A DNA stretch of 64,000 nt from a virus. The translations under genes were made by a program, and so were the position numbers. Shown piece after piece: positions 46,546 through 56,692 of the stretch. The DNA lies in the IMG/VR virus record IMGVR_UViG_3300033156_000392, positions 1 to 64,000 of that record; one strand, 5' to 3'. Every line of letters starts with the position of its first letter. Position 1 is the stretch's first letter. A model generated the notes under the pieces. That model did no database searches, was not told the origin of the DNA, and worked only from the letters and a program-made list of their open reading frames with translations.

Positions 46546-47244
46546 TCAAACTATCACCTCCTTTTTTTCTCGTTCTCGTCTTGAAGGAAGAAGAGCCAAG
46601 ATGTGAGAGAATTTCTCCAAGCTCCTCCTGATGAACTCGTCCGCCTCTCTAATAGCTTTCTTCCCTTTCTCCCTCCTTTTCAGCAGCTTCTCTCTCAGTT
46701 CATCATAGTGTATCAGGATGTCTACTATTCGGTCCTCTCCGAGGTCCACTCCAAGAGTCGTTAAGTCCAAATTCTCCAAGGGAGCGAAACGTTCGTGTAA
46801 GGAAGTGTAACGTGCTAGCCCCTTCAGCTTCCTTGCTATCTTTCTTCCTCTCTTGATGCATTGACCATACTGTATCAGGAGTTCGTCGTCCACAGTCCCA
46901 AGAAGGTACAGCTCTGGAAACTCTCTCTCGTCGGAGAGAATGTCCACTGCGTAACGTGCTCCGTACCGATATATCCCATCTTTTCTTATACTGTAGCTCC
47001 TGCCGAGAATGACTTTGCCCTTCACTAAGAAAATGGCAGAAGCTATGACGTCCATCGTCTCTTCCATCTCCTCCAGCTTCTCTGCAAACAGAGTCGTTTC
47101 ACTCTCTCTGTAAAGAGCTCTGAGAGCTCTCAGGTCTTCTCTTCTCTCTCTGATGATCCGTTTGTGCTCCCTCTCGATCATTCTCTCCACTCTCCTCCGG
47201 AGCTTTTCAAGAGCCTCTACTCGCTTCTTCAGCTCTCTGTCCAT
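46546..47244 (-). CDS. Coiled-coil paralogue family member 3
   Basis: MDRELKKRVEAL...MEETMDVIASA...IRKDGIY...EKFSHILALL. Confidence 0.75.
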   Translation of the reverse strand: MDRELKKRVEALEKLRRRVERMIEREHKRIIRERREDLRALRALYRESETTLFAEKLEEMEETMDVIASAIFLVKGKVILGRSYSIRKDGIYRYGARYAVDILSDEREFPELYLLGTVDDELLIQYGQCIKRGRKIARKLKGLARYTSLHERFAPLENLDLTTLGVDLGEDRIVDILIHYDELREKLLKRREKGKKAIREADEFIRRSLEKFSHILALLPSRREREKKEVIV

Positions 47245-47245
47245 G

Positions 47246-47872
47246 TTACGACACTCTCCCTCTCTTGAGCGTTGACAGAGCAAGCTCCTCCGAGAACTCC
47301 TCCATCATTCTCTCCTTCAGCTTCTCCAGTCTCTCTTCTATCTCTCTTCTCTTCTCTAAGTGTGCGTTGAGCTTCTCGAGAATTGTGTCGGCGTTCTGGA
47401 GTGCCTCTATCTGGCCGTGTAGGTAGCCAAGAGATGGTATGTCTGAAGGTTGTCCGGAACTTCTGTAGCTCCGATAGTTCGCCATTATCCTTTGGTACTC
47501 TTCCAAGCACTCTCCGAGTACTTCAAGTTTCCTCTCTCCGGACTCCTTGAGATATTTCAACACTGGTGAGGAGAAGTATTTCAAGTAGATTGGGTACTTA
47601 TGTCTGTAGTAGAAAATCCCTCTCCCGGGTCTGAGGCTAATCTGCTGGCTCACTGTCTTCGTCTCTGTATACATGTTTCCGGCTATCTGATGGAACATTC
47701 GTTCTATGTCTTCTCCCAAGTCTTTGTACACCTCTGCTTTCTTCTCCTCTATTTCCTTCAGGACGTCTTCTCTCTCCTTGACCAGCTCCATCTTCCTCTT
47801 CTCTATGAACTCCTCAACCCTCTCTCTGAGAGTTTCAAGCCTCTTGAGCTCCTCATTCAGCTTCTCATCCAT
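47246..47872 (-). CDS. Coiled-coil paralogue family member 4
   Basis: IERMFHQIAG...LRPGRGIF...EEFSEELALSTL. Confidence 0.75.
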   Translation of the reverse strand: MDEKLNEELKRLETLRERVEEFIEKRKMELVKEREDVLKEIEEKKAEVYKDLGEDIERMFHQIAGNMYTETKTVSQQISLRPGRGIFYYRHKYPIYLKYFSSPVLKYLKESGERKLEVLGECLEEYQRIMANYRSYRSSGQPSDIPSLGYLHGQIEALQNADTILEKLNAHLEKRREIEERLEKLKERMMEEFSEELALSTLKRGRVS

Positions 47873-48518
47873 TCTTCTTCCTCCTCAACGAGTACATACT
47901 CGCTTCCTCAGAGAATTTCTCCAGCATTTCTCCTCTCAGCTTCTCGATTTCTCTCTCAATCCTGTCTTTCTCTCTCAGAGCTTCTTCCAGTCTCTCTTTC
48001 TCCTCGTCTATCGTCGACAAGTACTCTATCATCTCTATCCCGTGGTAGTCCGGTCCAGCGTAGTATGGAGGGCTCTCAAAGCTATGATACAGAGCCCGTA
48101 GTCCCTCGTACAAGCAGGAGAGTCTGTGTATGTAGAAGCCGAGAGCTCTCACTCTCTCGTTCTCAGAGCTCATCATACTTCTTCCAGCTCCATCGTCATA
48201 GAATATCGGTGCTCTGTGTTTCTTTCTGTGGTAGAAAATTCCTCCGTTCGGTCTTATCACTAAGTATTCGGAGTTCAGATAGGGCTTCTGTAGAGGTATC
48301 TTGATGAGCTTGTTGCTCATCTCTCCAGCTATTCCGTGTATCAGTTCTTCCATCTCGTTTGTCGAGGGTGGAGAGAGTTCTTTATATAGCTCTCTCACCC
48401 TCATTAGCTCTTCGTGCTTGGAGTTCACGATTGTGTCTATCCTGCTGTATATGAAGTTTCTCACTCTCACCTTCAGTGTCTTCAGCCTTTCAGCCTCTTT
48501 GACAAGCTTAACGTCCAC
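47865..48518 (-). CDS. Coiled-coil paralogue family member 5
   Basis: MEELIHGIAG...IRPNGGIF...EKFSEEASMYSL. Confidence 0.75.
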   Translation of the reverse strand: MDVKLVKEAERLKTLKVRVRNFIYSRIDTIVNSKHEELMRVRELYKELSPPSTNEMEELIHGIAGEMSNKLIKIPLQKPYLNSEYLVIRPNGGIFYHRKKHRAPIFYDDGAGRSMMSSENERVRALGFYIHRLSCLYEGLRALYHSFESPPYYAGPDYHGIEMIEYLSTIDEEKERLEEALREKDRIEREIEKLRGEMLEKFSEEASMYSLRRKKNG

Positions 48519-48519
48519 A

Positions 48520-49137
48520 CTATCTCCTCCTCTCCTTCAGGAAGTAGAAGGTGGCCTCGGTACTCATCTTCTCCAGAAGTCGTCCTATCTCTCTCCAGAT
48601 TTCTCTGAACGTCTTCTTCTTGAATTTTAGGACTTCTCTTCCGTACTTCAGGTGACTGTCCAAGCGAGCAATGAAGTACAACCTCTCTCTCTTCTGCTCA
48701 GGGACGGCTGGAAGAAGGTTTCTTACCGAGAAATAGGAGTCCAGCAGTCCACGGACTCTTCCAAGAGTCTTAGCAATCTCTCTTACCTTCTCGTTCTTCG
48801 AGTTCAGCATCCCAGCTATCCCAATCAACGAGAGTACGTCGACTCTCAAAATCTTCTCTCTCTTCTTTCCTCCGTACAGTCCTTTCCCCGGACGTATGAC
48901 CAATTTTCCACACCGGACTGGCTTCTCTGCTATCTGCCCAAGCAAGCCCTGTATGAGGTCCTCCACCTTTAATATCTCAGGATAAGGGTTTGTTTTATCT
49001 ATTAGCTCTGTGTATTTCTTGAGCTTCCTCATTCTCCTTCTCTCCAGCTTCTCCATCTCTTTCTCCACAAAGGTAAACATGGCTGTCTCAAGCTTCTCCA
49101 GAGACTTAACTCTCGCAAGGAAGTCCTCATCTCTCAC
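48520..49137 (-). CDS. Coiled-coil paralogue family member 6
   Basis: VEDLIQGLLG...IRPGKGLY...EKMSTEATFYFL. Confidence 0.75.
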   Translation of the reverse strand: MRDEDFLARVKSLEKLETAMFTFVEKEMEKLERRRMRKLKKYTELIDKTNPYPEILKVEDLIQGLLGQIAEKPVRCGKLVIRPGKGLYGGKKREKILRVDVLSLIGIAGMLNSKNEKVREIAKTLGRVRGLLDSYFSVRNLLPAVPEQKRERLYFIARLDSHLKYGREVLKFKKKTFREIWREIGRLLEKMSTEATFYFLKERRR

Positions 49138-49756
49138 GTTTCTCCCTCGACAGCAGATAGAGAGGAAGGTCTTCTGAGAACTCGCTATAGACCTCTCTCT
49201 CGATCTCTCTAATCATCTCCTCAATTTTTCTTTTCCTTCTCAGCTTTCTTTTGAGTTCTCTCAGTACGGTCTTGTGGTTGAGAGCCAAAGACGCTTTCTC
49301 CTCCTCCGAAGTATTCTCTATCAACCAGACTCCGTACAGACAGGCATCCAGTTTCTCGTACAAAGCAGAAATTCTCTCCGAGAAGTCCGCCACCCTTATC
49401 GCTCTCTTCTCACCAGTTTCTCTGAGCTTCTTTATGAGCGTCTTAGAGGGGTAGTACGTAAGCAACATTCCTCCCTCATCCGAGAGTCTGACTCCTCTCC
49501 CCGGAACGATGAGTAGACTCAGACCGTTTATCTCTCCAAGATACACAATTTCTCTCAGGTCGGCAGAGAGAACGTACTGCAGGAAGTCCTCCAAGTTTCT
49601 CCTGACTCTCCATAGGTGTCCGTCCAATAGCTCGTGTGCGACTCTCTCTATCTTTCTAAGCTCTACTCTGTGCTCTCTCAGTATCCTCTTTATTTCAGCT
49701 TTCTTCCTGTAGACGTACTCTTCAAAAGTTAGTCCCTTCTCACGCTTCAAAGTCAT
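49127..49756 (-). CDS. Coiled-coil paralogue family member 7
   Basis: LEDFLQYVL...IVPGRGV...SEFSEDLPLYLL. Confidence 0.7.
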   Translation of the reverse strand: MTLKREKGLTFEEYVYRKKAEIKRILREHRVELRKIERVAHELLDGHLWRVRRNLEDFLQYVLSADLREIVYLGEINGLSLLIVPGRGVRLSDEGGMLLTYYPSKTLIKKLRETGEKRAIRVADFSERISALYEKLDACLYGVWLIENTSEEEKASLALNHKTVLRELKRKLRRKRKIEEMIREIEREVYSEFSEDLPLYLLSREKRER

Positions 49757-50423
49757 CCCTCCTTCTGAGAGCGTACATAGAAATCTCTGTGGGGAACTCG
49801 CTCGTGAGTTTCTCCACTAGCTTCGCTAGCTCCATTCTCAAGTGTCTCGCTTCCTCAGCCGCCTTCTCTGCTCTTTCCATCTTGAAGTCTATGAAAGCCA
49901 AGAACCAGAGTCGTTCGACTGTGTCAGAGGGTATCTCTGGCACTGAGCCCCTTATTTCTCTGTATCCCTGGACGATCTCGAGGAACGTATCCAGTCTCTC
50001 TCCCAGTTTTTTCTGCTTCTTGTCCTTACTTCCGTATAGCTCTATGATGACGTTTGTGATTTCTCTTATCGGAAGAGTCAGCAGAACGTACTTTATTCCC
50101 AAGTTTATCCCTACTTCGGGACTCTCTGCCGTCTTCACCATCCTCTCCAGCCGTATTTTGCCTCTCGTCACCTCTGTCAACAGTTCTCGTAGGAGAGATT
50201 CAACAAGACATAGCTCGTCTCCGAGTTTCTCCAAGTCTTTCAGAGTGTCGATGTACTCTCTCATTTTCTTCTCTCCTTCTTTCAGCATTCTCTCCTTCTC
50301 GCTGAGTATGAAGCCTCTCATTCCTCTCTCAAGCCTCTCAAGGGCGACCAGTGTTTTCATAATACTCCTCTCCGGCATTTGTTCTTTTTTCTCCATTCTA
50401 CCAGCCACTACTTCAGAAGCCAT
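49740..50423 (-). CDS. Coiled-coil paralogue family member 8
   Basis: LERLERGMRGF...VESLLRELL...SPEVGI...SEFPTEISMYAL. Confidence 0.7.
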   Translation of the reverse strand: MASEVVAGRMEKKEQMPERSIMKTLVALERLERGMRGFILSEKERMLKEGEKKMREYIDTLKDLEKLGDELCLVESLLRELLTEVTRGKIRLERMVKTAESPEVGINLGIKYVLLTLPIREITNVIIELYGSKDKKQKKLGERLDTFLEIVQGYREIRGSVPEIPSDTVERLWFLAFIDFKMERAEKAAEEARHLRMELAKLVEKLTSEFPTEISMYALRRRDDFEA

Positions 50424-50953
50424 ATACAGAGCCTCTCTGAGTGCTTCATAACGAAGTCCTTGAGAATTTCTTCCGCCTCCTCCGCTTTCTCTCTCGTTTC
50501 CATCAGCATCTTCGCTAGCTCTCTCTCTATTCTCTTCCTATGTCTATAGAAGCACTCATAAGAGGTTGGGTCCTCCGGGTTAATAAATCTCTCTCCTCTC
50601 TTTATTCGGAGTTTAGAGTCTATAATGAGGGTAAATTCACTATTTAGTCGTTTCTCTCTCTTCTTTAGAGTAAATATCTTGTTTATTTTTCTGTATATGG
50701 AAAATAGTCCCTTTATGACCTCTATTTTGTCTTTACTGAGAGAATATATATCTATTCGTTCGCCTTCCCAAGTGTAGATGCCGTTTCTCCTAAGTAGCAC
50801 CTCTCTCTCCAGCTCACTCTCTATCAACTTGAGTACTTTGGCTACTATATTCCTGTGTGCTCTTCTCCAGATGCCCTCCACGTACAGGTGGAGCTCGCTC
50901 AGATGTTGGTAGACGCTCCATTCTCTCAACCAGAAGGCTTCTTCTCTTCTCAC
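50408..50953 (-). CDS. Divergent possible member 9 of the paralogue family
   Basis: LLRRNGIY...MKHSERLCIWLL. Confidence 0.5.
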   Translation of the reverse strand: MRREEAFWLREWSVYQHLSELHLYVEGIWRRAHRNIVAKVLKLIESELEREVLLRRNGIYTWEGERIDIYSLSKDKIEVIKGLFSIYRKINKIFTLKKREKRLNSEFTLIIDSKLRIKRGERFINPEDPTSYECFYRHRKRIERELAKMLMETREKAEEAEEILKDFVMKHSERLCIWLLK

Positions 50954-51375
50954 ACAATCTCACCTATCTTCTTTTCAGGAGCTTCCAGAGTCCAAGCTTC
51001 CCTATGAAGGTCCAGTACTTTTCTCTCCCCAAGAATCTCTCTCCCCATCTCTCGGAGAAGGCTTTGGGGCAGTCTATGACGTGCTTCGGGAGAGTTTCTA
51101 TGATGTATTTCTTCAGTTTCTCCTCGCTCTCGAAGCTCAAGTAGAAGCTCTTGTCTTTTCCGGCTACTCTGACTATCTCTGCTTTCTTGTCCAGAGCACC
51201 TCTCAGTATCTCTGACGCTATCGAAGGGTCTATGGACTTGAAGGGGAAGCTGAGTATCCTCCACTCTCCCTCGTAGGCTCTGTGAACCCAGAGAGCCTCT
51301 CTCCACGTGGGGAGGAGTCCCTCTATGTAGCACAGCAGTTTCTTCCTACTCATACTTCTTCCTCGCTCTGTAATC

Positions 51376-51396
51376 CTAAAATAATCATTATTTTAG
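51376..51396. promoter_or_regulatory. 21-bp palindromic operator-like site
   Basis: CTAAAATAAT-C-ATTATTTTAG, intergenic. Confidence 0.75.
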
Positions 51397-51400
51397 CTCT

Positions 51401-51772
51401 CTACTGCTGGCTCGCTCCCTCTGACAGGATCTCAATCGCTATGTTCTGGTATATCTCGTCCCAGTCCTCATCAGTCATTCCAAGCACTGTTTTGCTCTCT
51501 CTTATGAACTTCTTCGTGTACTTCTTCATATATTTGGAGAGGTACTTGATGAACTCTATCATTTTCTTTCTCCTCTTGAATATGAAGAATATGTACGATT
51601 TCTTCACAAGCGGAATTTCTATTTCTCCCCTCAGTGCTATTCCTCTCTTCACTATCTCCGTAAGCGTCTCACTCCTAAAGCCGTACGCTTTGAAAAACAC
51701 TCCGTTAAAGCCGGAATTGTACCACAAGAGAGTCCCGAATATCTTCATTTCTCCTATCACTTTGTCCACCAT
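51401..51772 (-). CDS. Hypothetical protein, paralogue of 51815-52189
   Basis: KKFIRESKTVLGMTDEDWDEIYQNIAIEILSE. Confidence 0.65.
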   Translation of the reverse strand: MVDKVIGEMKIFGTLLWYNSGFNGVFFKAYGFRSETLTEIVKRGIALRGEIEIPLVKKSYIFFIFKRRKKMIEFIKYLSKYMKKYTKKFIRESKTVLGMTDEDWDEIYQNIAIEILSEGASQQ

Positions 51773-51791
51773 CTCACCTCTCTTTCTTTTG

Positions 51792-51812
51792 CTAAAATAA
51801 CAGTTATTTTAG
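51792..51812. promoter_or_regulatory. 21-bp palindromic operator-like site
   Basis: CTAAAATAAC-A-GTTATTTTAG, intergenic. Confidence 0.75.
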
Positions 51813-51814
51813 GA

Positions 51815-52189
51815 CTACTGAGTCCTCTCAGCAAGCCTGTTTACGACGACGTTGCTCTCTATAGTCTGGTACTCCTCCTCACTCAGTCCAAGTTTCTCTC
51901 TTCCTTCGAGTCTGAACTTCCTCGTAAGACTCCTCAGAACGGTGCTGAGGTAGAGGAGAAACTCTCTCAATTTCTCCATACGTTGAAACCGGAGAACCAG
52001 CGTCGCTCTCGACTTAGACCGAAACGCTGACGTGAACAGCAGGAGAGTCGCTCCTCTCTCCACACCCTCTTTCACTATGTCCGTGAGAGCCTGTGCCGGA
52101 AGGGTGTCTGCTCTGAAACTTATGTCTCTCTCCATCTCGAACCAGACCGGAATCTTCTTCTCGGTCATTCTGCCTATCATCAGAGTCAT
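51815..52189 (-). CDS. Hypothetical protein, paralogue of 51401-51772
   Basis: RKFRLEGREKLGLSEEEYQTIESNVVVNRLAE. Confidence 0.65.
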   Translation of the reverse strand: MTLMIGRMTEKKIPVWFEMERDISFRADTLPAQALTDIVKEGVERGATLLLFTSAFRSKSRATLVLRFQRMEKLREFLLYLSTVLRSLTRKFRLEGREKLGLSEEEYQTIESNVVVNRLAERTQ

Positions 52190-52208
52190 ATGCTCGCCTC
52201 TCTCTTCC

Positions 52209-53468
52209 TCACTCTTCCTTCCGTATTCTGGTAGTTCTCCCAAATGGTACTTCTTCCTCTGCCTTACCGTCTGGTGTCAGTATCCAGAGTGTCTCGTGTC
52301 TTCCTCTCCTCTCTGGGAAGTCTCCGTACCCGTCGGTGAAGTAAATCAGCAGTTTCGCTCTCTTCTTATGCTCTCTTATCCACTCGAAGACTGGTCTGAA
52401 GTCCGTCCCACCGTATCCAGTCCTCTTGAAGACTCTCTTTCTGGAGACCTTCTCAAGAGGTTCTGCCATCTTGATGCTGGCGTCGCACTCTATGTATGTC
52501 CCTCTCAGTGTGTCTCTGTGTATGTCGAATATTCTCCTAATCTCTCCCATAAACTGAGAGTAGTCCTCGTCAGATATTGACCCAGACGTGTCCACCGCTA
52601 TCACTATGTCTATCTTCTCCTTGAGTACTGATGGGAAGTATGTCCCGAGTGTCTGAGAACGTTTGTGCGGTCTTCGCCAAGTGTAGTCTTTTGGTATCTC
52701 TTTCGTGATGTATCTCCATAGCATCTGCTTCCACCCAAGTTTAGACGGTAGTATCTTGTCTATCAGTTTCTGTAGTCCTGCTGGCAGTTTTCCCTGTACC
52801 TTAGCGAATGTGGCGGCCTTGATGGTGATGTCCTTCCAGAACTCTCCTATGTCCGTCTCCGGATGTTTAAAAGGCTCTTCGTTGCCTCCGGAGCCCTTCT
52901 CGTCCTTCTTTCCCTCGTTGTCTTCTCCCTCTTCGCCATAGAACCCTTCTTTCTTGTCGTTGTGGGTGTCGAACTGCTTCTGGAGTATTCCCTTTCCTTC
53001 TCTGTCTCCCTTTCCGTCTCCACCACTTCCAGAGACGGGTATGTGTATCTTCTTTGCGTTCTTCATCAAGTAGTCGTAGACCGCCTCTACCACCTTGCCT
53101 CTGAACGTCTCCAGCGGCTGTATTGCGAAGTCTGGCACTGGACTCCCAGACTCGTAGAGCATAGTGTTCACGACGTAGTCTCCCGCTATATTCCAGACGA
53201 CTGGCTCTCTCCCCTGTCTCCTCAACAAGTGCTCAAGTATCAGATGGAGTATCTCGTGCTTTATGACGAACTGTAGTTCTATGTCTCCCAGCTTCTTCAC
53301 GAAGTCTGGATTGTACGGTACGTTTCCGTATCTGTCTACTCCCATCGTCGGTATCTTCTTGTTCTCTCTGAACTTCAGGTATGTGGCTATGTAGGAGAAG
53401 AACGGCTCTTCTTCCTGTAGGAGAACTATGGCTCTCGTTATTCTCTCTCTTGGAGTCAGTTGAAACAC
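52209..53468 (-). CDS. Metallopeptidase-like (HExxH) plus vWA domain protein (DUF2201-type)
   Basis: PTMGVD, KHEILH, WNIAGD; MIDAS DTSGSI, GGTDFRP, YFTDGYG. Confidence 0.9.
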   Translation of the reverse strand: MFQLTPRERITRAIVLLQEEEPFFSYIATYLKFRENKKIPTMGVDRYGNVPYNPDFVKKLGDIELQFVIKHEILHLILEHLLRRQGREPVVWNIAGDYVVNTMLYESGSPVPDFAIQPLETFRGKVVEAVYDYLMKNAKKIHIPVSGSGGDGKGDREGKGILQKQFDTHNDKKEGFYGEEGEDNEGKKDEKGSGGNEEPFKHPETDIGEFWKDITIKAATFAKVQGKLPAGLQKLIDKILPSKLGWKQMLWRYITKEIPKDYTWRRPHKRSQTLGTYFPSVLKEKIDIVIAVDTSGSISDEDYSQFMGEIRRIFDIHRDTLRGTYIECDASIKMAEPLEKVSRKRVFKRTGYGGTDFRPVFEWIREHKKRAKLLIYFTDGYGDFPERRGRHETLWILTPDGKAEEEVPFGRTTRIRKEE

Positions 53469-53545
53469 TTTCTACCACCTCCTTATCTTTCTCTCTCAAA
53501 CTATGTATGGGGATCGCTAATAAAGTGTATGGGAGAGAGACGTTC

Positions 53546-54280
53546 TTACTTGTCTCTCTCCAGAAGTTTCACGGAGACGTATGGTGCGGCTATCATATAG
53601 GCCGCCCTCACTCTTTCCTCTAAGTCGTCTCTGAACTTCCTGAACTCCTCTACTCTCTTTCTGACTTCCTGTCTGATGAACTCCTCGTGTATGTAGAAGA
53701 GAGTCAGAGAGTCGAGGTCGCTGTAGAGTCGTGTCCTTATACCGTAAAGTTTGCTCTGAACCTCTATGCTTGTGTACGGAAACGCTATCCACAGTTCGAC
53801 TGTCTCTGTCTCCACTGTATACTTCGTCTTCCACTCCACGCCCTTCACTTGCTTCAGACACTCTATCAGAGTCTTCAGCATTTCCTTCTTTGTGGGTCTG
53901 ACGTTCGCTCTCGCTTCCTCTGTCTGGAGAAGGTCTATGAACTTCTCTATCTTATATGACCTCGCATAGACGCTGTCGTCGTATACCTTGAACTCAAACA
54001 CACTCCCTCGCCCACTGTTGTAGTACCCTTTGTAGACGAGTCCCGTGTTCGTTATGGCGACGTCGTCAAGGTCTGCTCTCTTCCTCATCAGCCCTCTCGA
54101 CAGTGTTCTTATCAGTTTCTCGTAGTTTGTACAGAGAGTATGTACGTCTTGGGAAATCTTCGTCACCTCTTTGTCCACCTCGCTCTTCCACTCCGTCAGT
54201 TCGTCTCTGAGTTCGTCTACCTCTCTCCAGAACTCGAAGTTCTGGGGCTGTGTGTACTCCTGCTCAGGCATCTCCACCAC
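53546..54280 (-). CDS. Coiled-coil-flanked hypothetical protein between the AAA and vWA genes
   Basis: Helix/beta/helix layout similar to the array; ends PYVSVKLL. Confidence 0.6.
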   Translation of the reverse strand: MVEMPEQEYTQPQNFEFWREVDELRDELTEWKSEVDKEVTKISQDVHTLCTNYEKLIRTLSRGLMRKRADLDDVAITNTGLVYKGYYNSGRGSVFEFKVYDDSVYARSYKIEKFIDLLQTEEARANVRPTKKEMLKTLIECLKQVKGVEWKTKYTVETETVELWIAFPYTSIEVQSKLYGIRTRLYSDLDSLTLFYIHEEFIRQEVRKRVEEFRKFRDDLEERVRAAYMIAAPYVSVKLLERDK

Positions 54281-54286
54281 TCTGTC

Positions 54287-55384
54287 TCAGAAGGTGTACT
54301 TGACTATCGTCTTTGAAATCTCCTTCCACTCCGGTATCTTTGCTGAGACTCTCCGTACGTACTTCTGGTGTCTGAGTACCAAGTTTCTCATCAGGACTAT
54401 TCCGAACTCTGGTTTTTCCCACGCTGTCTCTGTCAACTGTGCTATCTTACAGTATGCTCTGAAGAACTTCTCGTCCTCTTTGAAGAAGTGTATCAGAGCA
54501 GATGTCAGAGCCCATCTCTCGTTGAGAGCAGTTATGTCTCTCACTCTGTTGGGGTCTCTCACGAAGTCCTCCACCTTGTACTTCTTGACCAGTCGTGAGA
54601 ACTCTATGAACTCCTTCGCTATGCCGTTGCCCACCGATGACGCCACGAGTATCTCTATCTCTTTCTCGTCCTCTACGTCAGAGATTAGTTTAGAGGCTCT
54701 CCACCAACTCCTCGGAGTCGGGAAGGCTCTCTCCTCAGTGTTCTCTTCCAACTTGAAGAGATAGTCTGCTCTGAAGTTCAGAAATGCCTGTATCCTGTGG
54801 TCTACACCGTTCTTCATAGCCCACCGTGTCCAGATGTTTATGTGTGGCACTCTGAGTTCAACCCAGTCAAATCTGTTCTCAAGTGGCTTGGCCATCTCGA
54901 AGGTGTGTGCTCTGTCTTCCTCTTTGTTTCCAGCACCTATCACCACGTATCCCTCTGGGAGTACGTAGTCTCCGAGTTGTCTGTCCAGAATCAACTGGTA
55001 GCACGCACTCTGTATGCTCGGTGGGGCTAAGTTTATCTCGTCTAAGAAGATAATCCCTGCCCCTGTCTTTGGGAACCAAGATGGGGGTATCCACTTGGTT
55101 ATTCCACCGTGTCCGTTCTCCATTATCTTAGGCAGTCCGAGAAGGTCGCTTGGCTCTAACTGAGAAACTCTCCTGTCTATAAGGCAGAAGTGCTTCTCAG
55201 AGTTTATGTCCTCTGGTCGCTCTGAGTACTCGAGTTTCATAGACTCCGCTATCTCTTTGGCAGTCTTCCTGACTGTGTCCGACTTGCCTATCCCTGTCCT
55301 CCCCTGTATACAGAGAGGTATCCTCTTCTCATAGTGTCTCCGTATGACTCTCTCGAGTTCTTCGTGGTTCACTTCTCTCACCAT
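54287..55384 (-). CDS. MoxR-like AAA+ ATPase
   Basis: GRTGIGKS, DLLGLP, IIFLDEIN, GAGN, PLENRF, FPTPRSW. Confidence 0.9.
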   Translation of the reverse strand: MVREVNHEELERVIRRHYEKRIPLCIQGRTGIGKSDTVRKTAKEIAESMKLEYSERPEDINSEKHFCLIDRRVSQLEPSDLLGLPKIMENGHGGITKWIPPSWFPKTGAGIIFLDEINLAPPSIQSACYQLILDRQLGDYVLPEGYVVIGAGNKEEDRAHTFEMAKPLENRFDWVELRVPHINIWTRWAMKNGVDHRIQAFLNFRADYLFKLEENTEERAFPTPRSWWRASKLISDVEDEKEIEILVASSVGNGIAKEFIEFSRLVKKYKVEDFVRDPNRVRDITALNERWALTSALIHFFKEDEKFFRAYCKIAQLTETAWEKPEFGIVLMRNLVLRHQKYVRRVSAKIPEWKEISKTIVKYTF

Positions 55385-56692
55385 TTCACATCACCTCACT
55401 TTCTTTCTCCTCCTTCTTGTATGCCCGTATCATCGAGGCTGTGCCTCTCTATGGCCGTGAAGTCTACTCGTTCTTATCCTCTCCCTACTCTGCTGTACTC
55501 TCTCCAGCACTCCAAGTGTGTCATAGGTAACTCTCTTCTCTCGTACTTGAAGGTGTCTCTCCGGACTCTCCCTCTGTCTATGACCACCACTCTGTCGCCT
55601 TCCTTGAGTCTTCCTCCACATACGGGACAACGTATATCTCCCAAACTCATCACTCTCCTTTCTACTCTCGTTTAAATGTGTGCTCACCAGTCATCGGTCT
55701 TAGCACACTTTGAGCAGTAGTTTCCGTATCTCTCTTTCTCGTACTCCGTCAAGTGCTCTCCACAAGTCAGACATTTTTTCACCTTTCCACCTCTTTCTCT
55801 CTCAGTCTATTATTTTGATGTCTTTCTCCCACTCTCTCACGAGTTCTTCGACCGACTTGTTCTCTCCAAAAAACTCTGGATATTTCTTAATCTGTTCGAT
55901 GATGGAAGTCGTCTTAGGCTTCTCTTCCGTCTCTATGTGGACGTTCGCTGGGACTTTGTATTTCAGCGTTCCAGTGTCATCAACTACTGGGACTGTTTTC
56001 TCTTTGTCGATGTAAGGGAGTTCTTCGTACTCTCTACAGGAGATTAGTTTCCATTCCGTCACTTCTTCTTCACCTCCTATCTCTTTCTTTGTATGTCATT
56101 GAGGCTATGCCTCTCCATACTCGTGATGCTTCAGTCTGCTCTTCAGTATTCTCTCGGTCTGCTTCATATACTCCAGACGCCTGAGAACCCGCTTCTTCTT
56201 CTCTCTCAGTTTCTCCACTATGTCGTCAATCACTTCTACGAGTCTCTCTGCGTTCTTCTTGTACTCTTCTATGCTCTCCAGAACAGACTCTATTGTTTCT
56301 CTCTCCTTCTTGTTCAGAGAATCACCACTACAAGCCACAAGCCTTTCTGAATCTCTCTTCGTCGAAGTTCGGGTTGTCGTAGGCGAAGAGATTGCTGAAG
56401 GCTCTAACTGCTCTCTCCTTGACACTCTGTACGTCTATCGTCTTCAGAATCTCTGCCACCTGCTTGTAGTGTCTCCTTTGGAAGTCAGGCATTTGCTCTC
56501 ACCTCTCTTTATTTTCTATTCACAGGGTCTATCTTGTATATCTTCCTGAGCCTGTGTAGGAGTTGCTTCTCATTCCTTGCGTGTATCTCTCCCACTTTGT
56601 TTCCTCTGTCCCATATCTCCACGTCTCTAAGGCTCAGGCAGACCAACACGTAGTTTCTCACGGTTTCACCTCTCTCTTCCTCTCTCCGGATC

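Noticed and set aside
44829-50953. Diversity-generating retroelement or shufflon behind the paralogue array
   Set aside because: No reverse transcriptase, recombinase or near-identical DNA repeats seen; similarity is only at protein level.
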